A stretch of DNA of 64,000 nucleotides from Gammaproteobacteria bacterium (GCA_036381175.1 DASVDI010000006.1:47237-111236), one strand, 5' to 3'; positions 38,081 through 48,710 are shown, numbered from the stretch's first letter. Notes: generated by a model from the sequence alone, not told the origin. Numbers and translations are program-made.

Positions 38081-39955
38081 ATGAACAGAAAAACTGGCTG
38101 GCTGGCAATCCTGCTCATGCTCGCCGTGGCTTCCTGCGGGGGCGACGGCCCGGGCCTTGCGGATATGAGAGACGGACCGATTACGGAAACGCCGGAAGAC
38201 GAGATTCCTGCGACGCTAAGCACCGTGGAACTGCTCACAAGTTCACCCCAGCTGCAGTCGGACGGCTCGGCCGTCGCAACGCTCACAGCCTTTGCAAAGA
38301 ACGCGAACAACCAGGTTGTCGCTGGCGTTCCCGTCGTGTTTTCTGCGAACTCAGGGGCGCTGACTATCCTTGAAGGAACAACTAATGACCAAGGTATCGC
38401 CACGGCAGAACTCAGAACGTCGGGCGATCCTACCAATCGTCTGATTACCGTAACGGCTACGGCGCCGAGCGGAGCCACCGAAACCCTTAGCGACAGTGTA
38501 GACGTCGCGGTCATCGGGTCGTCCATCCAGATTCAGGGACCTACCAGTCTCGTGCTTGGCGATTCTGCGCCGTACGCCGTAACACTTATAAATTCCGCTG
38601 GCGAAGGTATCCCAGGCAAGACACTCGACGTCACGGCGTCGAACGGCAATGTGGTGGAAGCCGAAACGCTGACGACTGACGGTGACGGACAGGTTATCGT
38701 GACGATGACAGCGAACGAACCCGGCGATGGCACACTGACTGCAACCGGCCTGCCAGACGCAGATGGAACACCAACGGTAACGACCAGTCTTGACGTGGCC
38801 GTCTCGTCCGAGAACTTCCGTTTCACGGCTCCGGACAGCGGAGACGAGATCGTGCTCGACACACCGCGGTCAGTTTCAGTGACATGGCTGGACGAAAACG
38901 ACCAGCCTGTGAGCGGCGAGCAAGTCGTTTTCGCGACCACGCGCGGTGTTCTTACACCAGCGAATGGAACGGTGACAACCGGTGCCGACGGTGTCGCGAC
39001 TGTCTCCATCTCATCCGAGACTGCAGGACCGGCGACAATTACCGCAACGACTGCCGATGCCACTGCGCAGTTGGCCGTCGAATTCATTGCGACTGTGGCC
39101 GACCAGCTCATTGTCCAGACAAGTCCTAGCGTGATCGGCCCTAACGAAACCAGTACGGTCACCGCCATTGTGGAAGACCCGGAAGGCAATCGCGTAAAGA
39201 ACAAGATCGTGACCTTCACACTGACGGATACCAAGGGTGGATCGCTTTCGATTCCTTCGGCGGTTACGGACAGCCTAGGGCGTGCCCAAACAACCTATAC
39301 GTCAACCTCGGCAACCAGCGCGGACGACGGAGTCATTATTACAGCGCGTGTAACCGATACCACACTTGAGACGAGCGCAACTCTGACCGTCGCGGGCCGC
39401 GCGCTGTTCATTACCTTCGGAACGGGTAATACGATCATTGAAAACGAGGCGGACACGACATACACCAAGGATTACTCGCTTTTCGTCACAGATTCCTCTG
39501 GAGCCGGGGTTGAGGGTGCCACTATCAATCTTCGGATGAAGTCGACGGCGTTCGGGAAAGGTGAAATGGTGCCGGGTGTGGAGCTATGGATTCAGCAGGT
39601 TTCGGTCGTTTGTCCCAGTGAAGACGTGAACAACAACGGGACGCTTGATACCGATCCTTTTGAAGATATCAATGGTGACCTGGAACTGAGCCCGGGCAAC
39701 GTCGCCGTGGTGGCCCCGAGCACAATCACAACCGATGAGAGTGGCGAAGCCGTCTTCCGGATCACGTATCCGCAGAACTTCGGTTTCTGGGTCTCAGGCA
39801 ACATTACTGCAACCACCACTGTTGCAGGAACGGAGTCGCGCAAGACCGAAGCCTTCAACTTCCCTGTTGCCGCTGGCGATCTCGCGCTCGACGGAACACC
39901 GCCAAATGTGGAAAGCCCATGGGGAGTCGGCGGTTCCTGCACCGACACCTTGTGA
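38081..39955 (+). CDS. lipoprotein with four tandem Big_1 (invasin/intimin-type Ig-like) domains and a ~220-aa C-terminal domain
   Basis: Lipobox LAVASCGG. There are four ~90-aa repeats with the Big_1 pattern (A.vtA.v.d..g.pv.G..V.F....G.l.....TD..G.A...l.s...G...itA). It starts 43 nt after the pilQ stop (10 nt if the GTG at 38048 is used). By eye it is more A/T-rich than pilQ. Confidence 0.75.
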   Translation: MNRKTGWLAILLMLAVASCGGDGPGLADMRDGPITETPEDEIPATLSTVELLTSSPQLQSDGSAVATLTAFAKNANNQVVAGVPVVFSANSGALTILEGTTNDQGIATAELRTSGDPTNRLITVTATAPSGATETLSDSVDVAVIGSSIQIQGPTSLVLGDSAPYAVTLINSAGEGIPGKTLDVTASNGNVVEAETLTTDGDGQVIVTMTANEPGDGTLTATGLPDADGTPTVTTSLDVAVSSENFRFTAPDSGDEIVLDTPRSVSVTWLDENDQPVSGEQVVFATTRGVLTPANGTVTTGADGVATVSISSETAGPATITATTADATAQLAVEFIATVADQLIVQTSPSVIGPNETSTVTAIVEDPEGNRVKNKIVTFTLTDTKGGSLSIPSAVTDSLGRAQTTYTSTSATSADDGVIITARVTDTTLETSATLTVAGRALFITFGTGNTIIENEADTTYTKDYSLFVTDSSGAGVEGATINLRMKSTAFGKGEMVPGVELWIQQVSVVCPSEDVNNNGTLDTDPFEDINGDLELSPGNVAVVAPSTITTDESGEAVFRITYPQNFGFWVSGNITATTTVAGTESRKTEAFNFPVAAGDLALDGTPPNVESPWGVGGSCTDTL

Positions 39956-39974
39956 TACAAGACTCGCCCCCCGA

Positions 39975-40003
39975 AAACGCGGCCTTCAGGCCGCGTTTTT
40001 CTT
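39975..40003 (+). terminator. rho-independent terminator
   Basis: AAACGCGGCC-TTCA-GGCCGCGTTT followed by TTCTTT. Confidence 0.85.
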
Positions 40004-40052
40004 TCCGGATCATGAACCCGTTTAGAATGGGCTTCGGCATTACGGATTCCAC

Positions 40053-40571
40053 ATGAACACCTTGATCCTCATCGGTCCCATGGGCGCGGGCAAAACGTCG
40101 ATCGGCCGCCGGCTGGCGGAGGTGCTCGGCTTGCCGTTTCTCGATACCGATCATGAAATACGCGAGCGCGCCGGTGTCGATATTGATTTCATTTTCGAGA
40201 AGGAAGGCGAAGCAGGTTTTCGTCGCCGGGAAGCGATGGTGTTCGCGGATCTCGTTGACGAATCCGCCGTCGTTGCGACAGGCGGAGGCATCGTGCTTGA
40301 TGCTGCAAATCGGGAGCGCATGAAAGAGCGCGGCAATGTCGTTTTCCTGGAGACAAGCGTTGACTGGCAACTCGCGCGCACGCGGCGCGGCCGGCATCGC
40401 CCGTTGCTGGACACCGAAGACCCGCGCAGCCGCCTCGAGGAAATCTATGCCGTGCGCGAGCCTTTGTACCGCGAGTGCGCGACTGTCACCGTAAACACCG
40501 ATGGACGTCGCGTCGCCACCGTAGCCAGCGCCGTGATGGACGCATTGCGCGATGCAGGGATTTGCCCATGA
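40053..40571 (+). CDS. aroK: shikimate kinase
   Basis: LIGPMGAGKTSIGRRLA P-loop, then DTD and GGG motifs. Confidence 0.95.
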   Translation: MNTLILIGPMGAGKTSIGRRLAEVLGLPFLDTDHEIRERAGVDIDFIFEKEGEAGFRRREAMVFADLVDESAVVATGGGIVLDAANRERMKERGNVVFLETSVDWQLARTRRGRHRPLLDTEDPRSRLEEIYAVREPLYRECATVTVNTDGRRVATVASAVMDALRDAGICP

Positions 40572-41632
40572 GCCACGTGAAAGTCCATCACCGGAACGGG
40601 GAATACGACGTTGTCATTGGCGCGGGTATTCTCGCCAACTCCGATCTGCGAAATGTCCTTAGCACGCGCCCGGGACTGATTGTCACGGATAAAAATGTCG
40701 CCCCGCTCTGGCTGGATCACTTGCGCGCGACGTTACCCGCCGCGGAAACGTTGGTTCTTCCCGCGGGTGAAACAACGAAAACGCTCGAAACTGTCGAAGG
40801 GATCTGGTCTTTCCTCGCAGAAAAAAATCTTGGCCGCGACGCGGTGTTGATCGCGCTCGGCGGCGGCGTCATCGGCGACATGACAGGATTTGCCGCAGCC
40901 TGCTGGATGCGCGGTATCGATTTCATCCAGATACCGACCACATTGCTCGCGCAGGTCGATTCATCTATCGGCGGCAAGACCGGTGTCGATCTGCCCGCCG
41001 GCAAGAATCTCGTCGGCGCGTTTCACCAGCCGCTCACCGTGTTTGCCGACACCGACACGTTGCAAACGCTCCCCGAGCGCGAGTATTTCTCCGGCATGGC
41101 AGAAATCGTCAAGGCCGCGCTAATCGCGGATAAGGTTTTTTTCAGCTGGCTTGAGATGAACGCGAGTGCGTTGCGCGCACGCGAGCCGGATGCGCTCTCG
41201 CACGCGATTCAACGCAGCTGCGAAATCAAGGCAGCGATCGTCACGGCCGACGAACGCGAGCATGGCCAACGTGCGCTGCTCAACCTCGGCCACACCTTCG
41301 CGCATGCGCTGGAAAGCACAGCGGGTTACGAACGCTTTCTTCACGGCGAAGCTGTTGCCGTCGGGCTCGTGCTTGCGGCCAGACTGTCTGAACAACAATG
41401 CAACCTCGATCCTGCGCTGCGTCCCCGGCTGGAAGCCCTGCTTGGGGAATTCGATCTGCCCGTTCGCCTGCCGGCGGATGTGAAGCCCGACAAACTCCTG
41501 CACGCCATGCGCCTCGACAAGAAACACACGCGCGCGAACTGGCGGCTGATTCTGCTGGAAGCCACCGGCGCTGCCATCGTGCGCGAATTCGCCGACGAGA
41601 ACGCTGTCCGGCGCGCACTGGGCGCTTCCTGA
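40568..41632 (+). CDS. aroB: 3-dehydroquinate synthase
   Basis: The start ATG overlaps the aroK stop (ATGA). Motifs GGGVIGDMTGFAAA, DSSIGGKTGV and LNLGHTFAHALE. Confidence 0.95.
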   Translation: MSHVKVHHRNGEYDVVIGAGILANSDLRNVLSTRPGLIVTDKNVAPLWLDHLRATLPAAETLVLPAGETTKTLETVEGIWSFLAEKNLGRDAVLIALGGGVIGDMTGFAAACWMRGIDFIQIPTTLLAQVDSSIGGKTGVDLPAGKNLVGAFHQPLTVFADTDTLQTLPEREYFSGMAEIVKAALIADKVFFSWLEMNASALRAREPDALSHAIQRSCEIKAAIVTADEREHGQRALLNLGHTFAHALESTAGYERFLHGEAVAVGLVLAARLSEQQCNLDPALRPRLEALLGEFDLPVRLPADVKPDKLLHAMRLDKKHTRANWRLILLEATGAAIVREFADENAVRRALGAS

Positions 41633-41679
41633 GTGCATGGTAGAATCGCGGCTCGAATCGCAACGCTACGACGAGTCCG

Positions 41680-42411
41680 ATGAACAAGAATCCGTCCCTT
41701 CTTTCCGACAAAACCATTCCCGTTGACGAGCGCCTGATTGTCGCGCTCGACGTGCCGGATGCCGGCGCCGCGCGCGAACTCGTGGCAACGCTCGGCGATG
41801 CCGTGAAGTTCTACAAGATCGGCATGGAGCTGTTCATGACCGACGGCTATTTCGCGCTGCTGGACGAACTCGTTCAAGCGGGGAAAAAAGTGTTCGTTGA
41901 TTTGAAATTCTTTGATGTACCCGCGACCGTCGGCTCGGCCATCCGGCAGCTTTCCACGCGCGGCGCCACCTTCGCGACCGTGCACGGCAACCAGGCGGTG
42001 ATGGAAGCCGCGGGTGAAAACAAGGGCGACCTGAAAGTCCTCGCCGTTACCGTGCTAACCAGTCTTGATCGTGGTGATCTCGATGATCTCGGTTTCGCGG
42101 TGGATGTCGAAAAGCTCGTGCTCTCCCGCGCGCGCCGCGCGCTCGAAGCCGGTTGCGATGGCGTCGTGTCTTCCGGCATGGAAGCGGCTGCATTGCGCAG
42201 CGAGCTCGGACCGCGCCTGATGGTTGTCACACCGGGAATTCGTCCCGTCGAGAATCGCCCGGCTGACGATCAGAAAAGAGTCGTCACACCCGCGCAAGCC
42301 TTTCGCAATGGCGCCGATTACATCGTCGTTGGCCGGCCGATTCGCGGCGCCGCCGATCCGCGCGCCGCCGCGGAACATATCCAGGCGGAAATCGCCGCGG
42401 TCTTCGCATGA
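41680..42411 (+). CDS. pyrF: orotidine-5'-phosphate decarboxylase
   Basis: LIVALDV...FYKIG..LF...[13 protein letters not shown] and TPGIR motifs. Confidence 0.95.
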   Translation: MNKNPSLLSDKTIPVDERLIVALDVPDAGAARELVATLGDAVKFYKIGMELFMTDGYFALLDELVQAGKKVFVDLKFFDVPATVGSAIRQLSTRGATFATVHGNQAVMEAAGENKGDLKVLAVTVLTSLDRGDLDDLGFAVDVEKLVLSRARRALEAGCDGVVSSGMEAAALRSELGPRLMVVTPGIRPVENRPADDQKRVVTPAQAFRNGADYIVVGRPIRGAADPRAAAEHIQAEIAAVFA

Positions 42412-43490
42412 GCGCGAACCTGCAGAATGATCTTCTCCTGCGCGCGCTGTTGCGCGAACCTGTAGAACGCACGCCGGTATGGATGATGCGCCAGGCCGGA
42501 CGCTATTTGCCGGAGTACCGCGAAACACGCGCGAAGGCCGGTTCGTTCGTCAAGCTCATGAAGAATCCGGAACTCGCCTGCGAAGTCACTCTGCAGCCGC
42601 TAGCGCGTTACCCGCTCGATGCCGCAATTCTTTTCTCCGATATTCTCACCATTCCCGATGCGATGGGCCTCGGGCTTTACTTCGAAACCGGCGAAGGTCC
42701 GAAATTCGAACGTCCTGTCCGTGACGCGCGCGCCATTGATGCGCTCGGCATTCCCGACCCGGAACAATCACTGCGTTACGTGATGGATGCGGTGCGTACC
42801 ATTCGCCGCGAACTCGCAGGACGTGTTCCGCTGATCGGTTTTTCCGGCAGCCCATGGACGCTCGCGACATACATGATCGAAGGCGGTTCCAGCAAGGATT
42901 TCTCGCGCGTGAAAGGCATGATTTACAGCGATCCGGATGCCGCGCATCGCCTGCTCGCGAAACTCGCCGACAGCGTCGCCGTTTATCTCGCCGCACAGAT
43001 TGCGGCCGGTGCGCAGGCTGTGCAGATTTTCGACACGTGGGGTGGCGCGTTGAGTGATGCCGCGTATCGCGAATTTTCATTGCAGTACATGCAACGCATT
43101 GTTGAACAATTGCCGAAGGAATCGGACGGCCGGCGCGTGCCCGTCATCCTGTTCACCAAGAACGGCGGGCTCTGGCTGGAAGCGATGGCGGAAACCGGCT
43201 GCGACGCGCTCGGTATCGACTGGACGTGCAATATCGGCGACGCGCGCCGTCGCGTCGGTGACAAGGTGGCATTGCAGGGAAACCTGGATCCCGGGGTGCT
43301 GTATGGATCACCGGAACGAATTCGTGCGGAAGTCGAAAACGTACTCGCGGACTTCGGAACCGGATCAGGCCACGTCTTCAATCTTGGCCACGGCATTACG
43401 CCTGGTGTCGATCCCGAACACGCCGGCGCGATGATTGCTGCCGTACATGAGCTGAGTCCGCAGTATCATGGGAAGAATGGACAGGATTAA
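42408..43490 (+). CDS. hemE: uroporphyrinogen decarboxylase
   Basis: [17 protein letters not shown] motif. 360 aa. Its last four codons and stop lie inside the left inverted repeat at 43476..43516. Confidence 0.95.
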   Translation: MSANLQNDLLLRALLREPVERTPVWMMRQAGRYLPEYRETRAKAGSFVKLMKNPELACEVTLQPLARYPLDAAILFSDILTIPDAMGLGLYFETGEGPKFERPVRDARAIDALGIPDPEQSLRYVMDAVRTIRRELAGRVPLIGFSGSPWTLATYMIEGGSSKDFSRVKGMIYSDPDAAHRLLAKLADSVAVYLAAQIAAGAQAVQIFDTWGGALSDAAYREFSLQYMQRIVEQLPKESDGRRVPVILFTKNGGLWLEAMAETGCDALGIDWTCNIGDARRRVGDKVALQGNLDPGVLYGSPERIRAEVENVLADFGTGSGHVFNLGHGITPGVDPEHAGAMIAAVHELSPQYHGKNGQD

Positions 43491-43944
43491 CAGGATTTTT
43501 CAGAATTTACAGGATTTCTGTATGTCTTGAATTTCCTGCGGACGGCGACACTCTTGCCAAAATTGATGAGCAGTCCCGTCTCAAAACCTGTTGCACAAAG
43601 ATAGTTGACCAGCTGCAGTTCATGCTCTTTCGCGAGCGATACCGCCGCCTTGATCTCACAAATGACGGAGCGCTCGATCAGAAGATCGGCGTAGTAATCG
43701 CCGACAGGCTCGTTTCCGTAAAACACCGGGATTGGAAACTGCTGCTGAACGAGCAATCCTGTCTGACGCAGCTCGAGGCCAAGCGCATTTTCATAGACCT
43801 TCTCGAGGAACCCACCACCGAGCTGTTTATGGACAGTAAATGCAGCACCAATAATTTGTTGCGTTACGTCCTTGTATCGCATCTTCTAACCTGACCTGTT
43901 TTTAATCCTGTAAATTCTGAAAAATCCTGTTAATCCTGTCCATT
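43476..43944. mobile_element. 469-bp cassette bounded by perfect 41-bp inverted repeats and carrying one GxxExxY nuclease-fold gene (candidate non-autonomous mobile element)
   Basis: 43476..43516, AATGGACAGGATTAACAGGATTTTTCAGAATTTACAGGATT, is the exact reverse complement of 43904..43944. Each arm contains three ACAGGATT direct sub-repeats. The cassette fills the whole convergent hemE/fadD gap. Confidence 0.55.
43487..43882 (-). CDS. GxxExxY protein (PD-(D/E)XK nuclease superfamily)
   Basis: 131 aa with [13 protein letters not shown] (the GxxExxY motif) and the [14 protein letters not shown] core. A/T-rich relative to its neighbours. Its stop overlaps the hemE stop in the tetranucleotide TTAA. 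Confidence 0.8.
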   Translation of the reverse strand: MRYKDVTQQIIGAAFTVHKQLGGGFLEKVYENALGLELRQTGLLVQQQFPIPVFYGNEPVGDYYADLLIERSVICEIKAAVSLAKEHELQLVNYLCATGFETGLLINFGKSVAVRRKFKTYRNPVNSEKSC

Positions 43945-43955
43945 GCTTTTCTTCA

Positions 43956-45620
43956 TTATTCGTCCCGCAACGCGCGCCGCAGAATCTTCCCGACATTCGT
44001 CTTCGGCAACTCGCTGCGGAACTCGACATGCTTCGGCACCTTGTAGCCGGTAAGTTCCTTGCGCGCGAAGTCTTTCAATTCCTTTTCCGTGAGCGCTTCG
44101 TCTTTCTTCACGACAACGATCTTCACGACTTCACCCGACTCCTCGTCGGGCGCGCCGATGGCAGCAACTTCGAGCACGCCGGGATGCATGGCGATCACGT
44201 CTTCGATTTCGTTCGGGTAGACGTTGAAACCGGACACGAGAATCATGTCCTTCTTGCGATCGACAATGAAGAAATATCCCTTCTCGTCCATGCGCGCCAT
44301 GTCGCCGGTGCGCAGCCAGCCATCCGGCGATAACTGCTTCGCGGTTTCATCGGGACGATTCCAGTATTCCTTCATCACCTGCGGACCCTTGACGCAAAGC
44401 TCGCCGACTTCACCCATCGCCACTTCATTGCCGTCTTCATCCACGATCTTTTCATCCGTCGAGGGAAGCGGCAGGCCAATGGAACCGGTGAATTCCGTCG
44501 CGCCAAGTATGTTCGCGTTTGTCACTGGCGAGGCTTCCGTCAGGCCGTAGCCTTGCGTCAGTCCCTTGCCCGTCACTTTCTGCCAGCGTTCGGCCACGGA
44601 ACGCTGCACGGCCATACCGCCGCCCAGCGCAAACTTCAGCTCGCTGAAGTCGAGGTCAGAAAACCCTTCCGTGTTCAGCAAGCCGTTGAACAAGGTGTTC
44701 ACGCCGGTGATCGCAGTGAACGGCTGCTTGCCCAGTTCCTTCACAAAGGCTTTCATGTCGCGCGGATTGGTGATGAGAATGTTCAACCCGCCGAGATTCA
44801 TGAACAGCAGGCAATTCACGGTCAATGAAAAGATGTGGTACAGCGGCAGCGCGCAGATCGCCTTTTCCTGTCCTTCCGCGAACATGTCGCCGGCCCAGTG
44901 CTTGAGCTGCAGGAAATTCGCAATCATGTTGCCGTGCGTGAGCACCGCGCCTTTCGAAACGCCCGTCGTGCCGCCCGTGTACTGCAAAAACGCACAGTCG
45001 TCCTGCGAAAGGTCCACTTCATCCAGCGTCTGCCATTTGCCTTCGCTGATCGCCTTGTGAAAGGAAATCGCGCCCGGAATATTCCAGGCCGGCACCATTT
45101 TCTTCACGCGCTTGACGACGAAATTCACCAGCGCGGATTTCGGGAACGGCAGCATGTCGCCGATGCGCGTAGTCATGACCGTTTTCACGTCGGTCTTGTC
45201 GATGACCTTCTCAAGCGTGGTCGCGAAATTCTCGAGGATGACGATCGCCTTTGCGCCCGAATCCTTGAGCTGGTGTTCCAGCTCGCGCGCCGTGTACAGC
45301 GGATTCACGTTGACTACCACGAGGCCTGCGCGCAACACACCCGAAAGCGCGACCGGATACTGCAGCAGGTTCGGCATCATGATGGCGACGCGATCGCCCT
45401 TCTTCAGGCCCGCGACTTTCTGCAGGAACGCCGCGAAATACCGGCTTTGCTGATCGATATCCGCATAGGTCAGCACCTTGCCCATGTTCGAGAATGCCGG
45501 CAGGTCGCGGTACCGCTCGAAGCTCGTGTCCAGCATGTGCCGCAGGGACGTGAAACGGGTCGCGTCGATTTCGGCAGGCGCACCGGGTGGGTAATGTTTC
45601 AACCAGATCTTTTCGACCAC
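43956..45620 (-). CDS. fadD: long-chain-fatty-acid--CoA ligase
   Basis: 554 aa. AMP-binding motif [12 protein letters not shown], plus [21 protein letters not shown] and a C-terminal [11 protein letters not shown]. Confidence 0.9.
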   Translation of the reverse strand: MVEKIWLKHYPPGAPAEIDATRFTSLRHMLDTSFERYRDLPAFSNMGKVLTYADIDQQSRYFAAFLQKVAGLKKGDRVAIMMPNLLQYPVALSGVLRAGLVVVNVNPLYTARELEHQLKDSGAKAIVILENFATTLEKVIDKTDVKTVMTTRIGDMLPFPKSALVNFVVKRVKKMVPAWNIPGAISFHKAISEGKWQTLDEVDLSQDDCAFLQYTGGTTGVSKGAVLTHGNMIANFLQLKHWAGDMFAEGQEKAICALPLYHIFSLTVNCLLFMNLGGLNILITNPRDMKAFVKELGKQPFTAITGVNTLFNGLLNTEGFSDLDFSELKFALGGGMAVQRSVAERWQKVTGKGLTQGYGLTEASPVTNANILGATEFTGSIGLPLPSTDEKIVDEDGNEVAMGEVGELCVKGPQVMKEYWNRPDETAKQLSPDGWLRTGDMARMDEKGYFFIVDRKKDMILVSGFNVYPNEIEDVIAMHPGVLEVAAIGAPDEESGEVVKIVVVKKDEALTEKELKDFARKELTGYKVPKHVEFRSELPKTNVGKILRRALRDE

Positions 45621-45863
45621 GGCGAAGCTCCTCGATATCTATTGTTGATGGTTGTCGGCCAAAGGTGCCGGCAATCCGGTTGGCCGTAATTCCACAATAT
45701 ACAGGGTATAGCACCCGGCGAGGCGCCGGGGCAAGGCGAGCAATCCGGGAAAAATCGTGAGGAAACAACCGCTTCGCGGCGAAAACGCGCCGCGGCCCAC
45801 CTTTAACCGGAAACTGGCGATCGCTACACTTCGCCGCTTCCAACGAAGCCCTTGCGATCACTG

Positions 45864-46547
45864 ATGCATACACTCCGACTTGTCACGCTGGATCTCGACG
45901 ACACGCTCTGGGCGATCGCGCCGGTCATCGCGCGCGCGGAAAACGTGTTGCACGGCTGGTTGACGGAAAATTGCCCGGCCACCGCCAGCCAGTTCTCGCC
46001 ACAGGACCTGCGCGCGTTGCGCCAGGACGTCGAGAAACTGCACCCGGAGCTTGGCGACGACATCACCGCCCTGCGCCGCCAGTCCATTCTTCTCGCCCTT
46101 CAACGCGGCGGCGATGACGAAGCGCTGGCCGACGCCGCTTTCGATGCCTTCTGGAGCGCACGTAATACTGTTGATTGCTTCGAGGACGTGTTCCCTGCGC
46201 TTGCCCGCCTGAAATCGAAGTTCCTTGTTGCAGCGATCACCAATGGCAACGCCTGCGTGAAAACGGCGGGTCTTGGGGAGTACTTCGATTTCACGCTTTC
46301 CGCACGCGACGCCGGTTGCGCGAAACCCGGCCGGGAAATATTCCGCCAGGCCTGCAAATTCGCGGGCGTCCAGCCGCACGAAACCCTGCACGCGGGCGAT
46401 GACATCGACTGCGACGTGCGTGGCGCACTCGCCGCCGGCATGCACGCCGCCTGGATTCACCGCGACACCCGCGTGACACGCCTGCTCGCCCCGCCCGCCC
46501 TCACCTTCCCCGATCTCACCGCACTCGCGGATCACCTCGCCGCCTGA
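45864..46547 (+). CDS. HAD-superfamily hydrolase
   Basis: Motif I is LDLDDTLW, motif II is AITNG and motif IV is GDDIDCDV. Confidence 0.8.
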   Translation: MHTLRLVTLDLDDTLWAIAPVIARAENVLHGWLTENCPATASQFSPQDLRALRQDVEKLHPELGDDITALRRQSILLALQRGGDDEALADAAFDAFWSARNTVDCFEDVFPALARLKSKFLVAAITNGNACVKTAGLGEYFDFTLSARDAGCAKPGREIFRQACKFAGVQPHETLHAGDDIDCDVRGALAAGMHAAWIHRDTRVTRLLAPPALTFPDLTALADHLAA

Positions 46548-46562
46548 ACGCGACCCGCGTCG

Positions 46563-46676
46563 CAAAATCCGGCAAAACCTGAACGAATCGTAGAAACAAG
46601 CCGCGTAGCCTGACCCTCCCCGCGGCGCCATCGCGCATGCCGCACGGAACGACACAAATCCCAAGGAGGGAATGTC
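46563..46676 (+). promoter_or_regulatory. conserved leader, copy 1 (promoter-like blocks plus putative anti-SD hairpin)
   Basis: ~115 nt that align with 48862..48974. Shared features are CTGAAC-N19-CGTA blocks, and CCCTCC (46614..46619) complementary to the RBS GGAGGG (46665..46670) with a nested GCGGC/GCCGC stem. Confidence 0.45.
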
Positions 46677-48710
46677 ATGCATATCAAATCACCCGTCCGC
46701 CTCGTGGCGGTAATTATCTCTTCCATATTGCTCACAGCGTGTGGTGGTGGCGGAACCACCCCACCGCCTCCCGGCGGCACCAACCCGCCGGCGCCGGGTG
46801 GAACAACGCCCCCACCGGCAAATCCCTCGCCAACAGTTACCGTTGTCGAAACCGGCCCCGTCATGGAGCTGACCTCCGTCACACTCACCGCGACCGTCAA
46901 GGATGCGGACGGCGACTTGGCCTACACCTGGACGCAAACTGCCGGCACACCGGTAGCGCTCACCGGCGGCGACAGCGCCGAACTTTCCTTCACTGCACCA
47001 AAAACAAGAAACAGCGAAACACTAGCCTTCGAAGTCACCGTGAATGACGGTGAAGCAACGGCGACAACCAGCACAGAAGTCATCGTCGAAGAAGCGAACG
47101 GCGTGGTGTACTCGGGAATCGAAGAAACAGCCAGAATCGAGCACGTTTACTTCCATCATCCTGGGTTAGAAACGCCGCGCAAACTGAACCCGAATCTTGA
47201 TTCAACCAATCATGAATTCAGCTCTGCATCCCCGATCTACCTGCTGCCCGATCACAAACATGTCATTTACAAGTACGGCATTCGACTGGAAGACGGCTCC
47301 AACACGTTTAATTTATATAGAGCAGCACTGGATGGTAGCGACGAAACCGACATCACCGGCGACATTGTCGAGAACGGTGCAATAGCCGCCATCAAGCTGT
47401 CGCCCGATGGCAAGTGGCTGGCGTTGACGGGCGATCTGGAAACGGACGAAAAGCGCGAGCTATTTGTCATGCCTGTGGATGGCAGCGAACCACGCCGCAA
47501 GATTTCCGGAGGTGCATCGACTGAGAATGGCGATGTTTCTGCAGACCACTTCTACTGGTCGCCCGACAGCACGCAGTTGTTGTTCGGTGGTGATATAAAC
47601 ATCGATGAACGCTACGAGGTGTTCGTTGCGAATATTTCCGAGAGCAATCCGCTACGGATCTCGGCTGAAGGAATAGCACAGAACAACGCCAACCTCTTCA
47701 TAGACGTTGTAGAAGGGACGCCATTCGCGTGGTCGCCGGATGGCGAATACATCACATTCATCGAACAAGCAAACGTCGATGCACCGGTAGAGCTCACCGC
47801 CGCAAAACGGGACGGTAGCAACCGCGATATGGTTATGAACAACGATCCATCGCAGAGATTGAAGTTCGAGTGGTCAAATCAAGGAAAACTCGCGTTTATC
47901 TTCGGGATAGAAGATGAATGGGAAGACCTTTTTATCTACGATCCTGCCACTGGTTTCGATGTTTGGGTCGGAGGTGCAAGGGCCATCGTGAACGAAAGTG
48001 GCATCGGGATCGGAAAAGTACGCAAGTTCCAATGGTCATCCGACGGCGAATCCCTCGCGTTCACGCTGGAGCGCAGCATCACGAATATCGGTGTCTTCGT
48101 AGTCCCTGCTGGTGCCATCAGCCCTGATGATCGCGTTCGTATCGATGGTGAGACTGACGAAGCGGCAAGCGTTGCAAATTTCGCGCCTGACGTGAGCTGG
48201 CTTCCAGATAACCGCCGTTTTCTGTTCACAAAGCGTATAGCGGGTCTGGAGCGCCTTTACGCCAATGGCATTGAAGGCACTCCGCCTACCGATATCTCCG
48301 GAGAATTCGCAGGCATCACCTCTGGCGTTACCTCCTCCTACTGCACATCGCCCGACGGCGAATACATAATATTTAACGCCGATATCGCCGGAGACGGCAA
48401 CTCACATCTCTATCGTGCGAGAACGGACGGTACCGAACGGCGCACCGTAACCGGCGATATCATCCATGCTGACGGAATCGAAACAACCTTTAGAAATGGC
48501 AGTTGCTGGTCGCCCGATGGGACACAGGTACTATTTGAGGGCGATCTGGAGCAGAACGGATTCGGTCAGTTATTCGCCGTTCCTGGCGACAGCACTGATG
48601 GACGGGATCGCATCCGCGTTTCCAACCTTTTGGAAACAGACGGTAATGCAGATGGATTTCCTGACGGTCGATGGACAGAAGCCGTCTGGGTCGGACCAGA
48701 TGCCAAGTAG
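46677..48710 (+). CDS. lipoprotein: Pro/Thr linker, PKD/Ig-like domain, PD40 (TolB-like) beta-propeller
   Basis: Lipobox LLTACGGGG. TPPPPGGTNPPAPGGTTPPP linker. A PKD-like segment (TLTATVKDADGDLAYTWTQTAG). Repeated PD40 motifs include LSPDGKWLA, WSPDSTQLLF, WSPDGEYITF, WSSDGESLAF, TSPDGEYIIF and WSPDGTQVLF. Confidence 0.75.
   Translation: MHIKSPVRLVAVIISSILLTACGGGGTTPPPPGGTNPPAPGGTTPPPANPSPTVTVVETGPVMELTSVTLTATVKDADGDLAYTWTQTAGTPVALTGGDSAELSFTAPKTRNSETLAFEVTVNDGEATATTSTEVIVEEANGVVYSGIEETARIEHVYFHHPGLETPRKLNPNLDSTNHEFSSASPIYLLPDHKHVIYKYGIRLEDGSNTFNLYRAALDGSDETDITGDIVENGAIAAIKLSPDGKWLALTGDLETDEKRELFVMPVDGSEPRRKISGGASTENGDVSADHFYWSPDSTQLLFGGDINIDERYEVFVANISESNPLRISAEGIAQNNANLFIDVVEGTPFAWSPDGEYITFIEQANVDAPVELTAAKRDGSNRDMVMNNDPSQRLKFEWSNQGKLAFIFGIEDEWEDLFIYDPATGFDVWVGGARAIVNESGIGIGKVRKFQWSSDGESLAFTLERSITNIGVFVVPAGAISPDDRVRIDGETDEAASVANFAPDVSWLPDNRRFLFTKRIAGLERLYANGIEGTPPTDISGEFAGITSGVTSSYCTSPDGEYIIFNADIAGDGNSHLYRARTDGTERRTVTGDIIHADGIETTFRNGSCWSPDGTQVLFEGDLEQNGFGQLFAVPGDSTDGRDRIRVSNLLETDGNADGFPDGRWTEAVWVGPDAK

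Noticed and set aside
43476-43944. The 41-bp inverted repeats acting simply as a bidirectional terminator for hemE and fadD
   Set aside because: The arms are ~390 nt apart, enclose an intact gene and have no flanking T-runs. Within each arm the ACAGGATT sub-repeats are direct, so neither arm forms its own hairpin.
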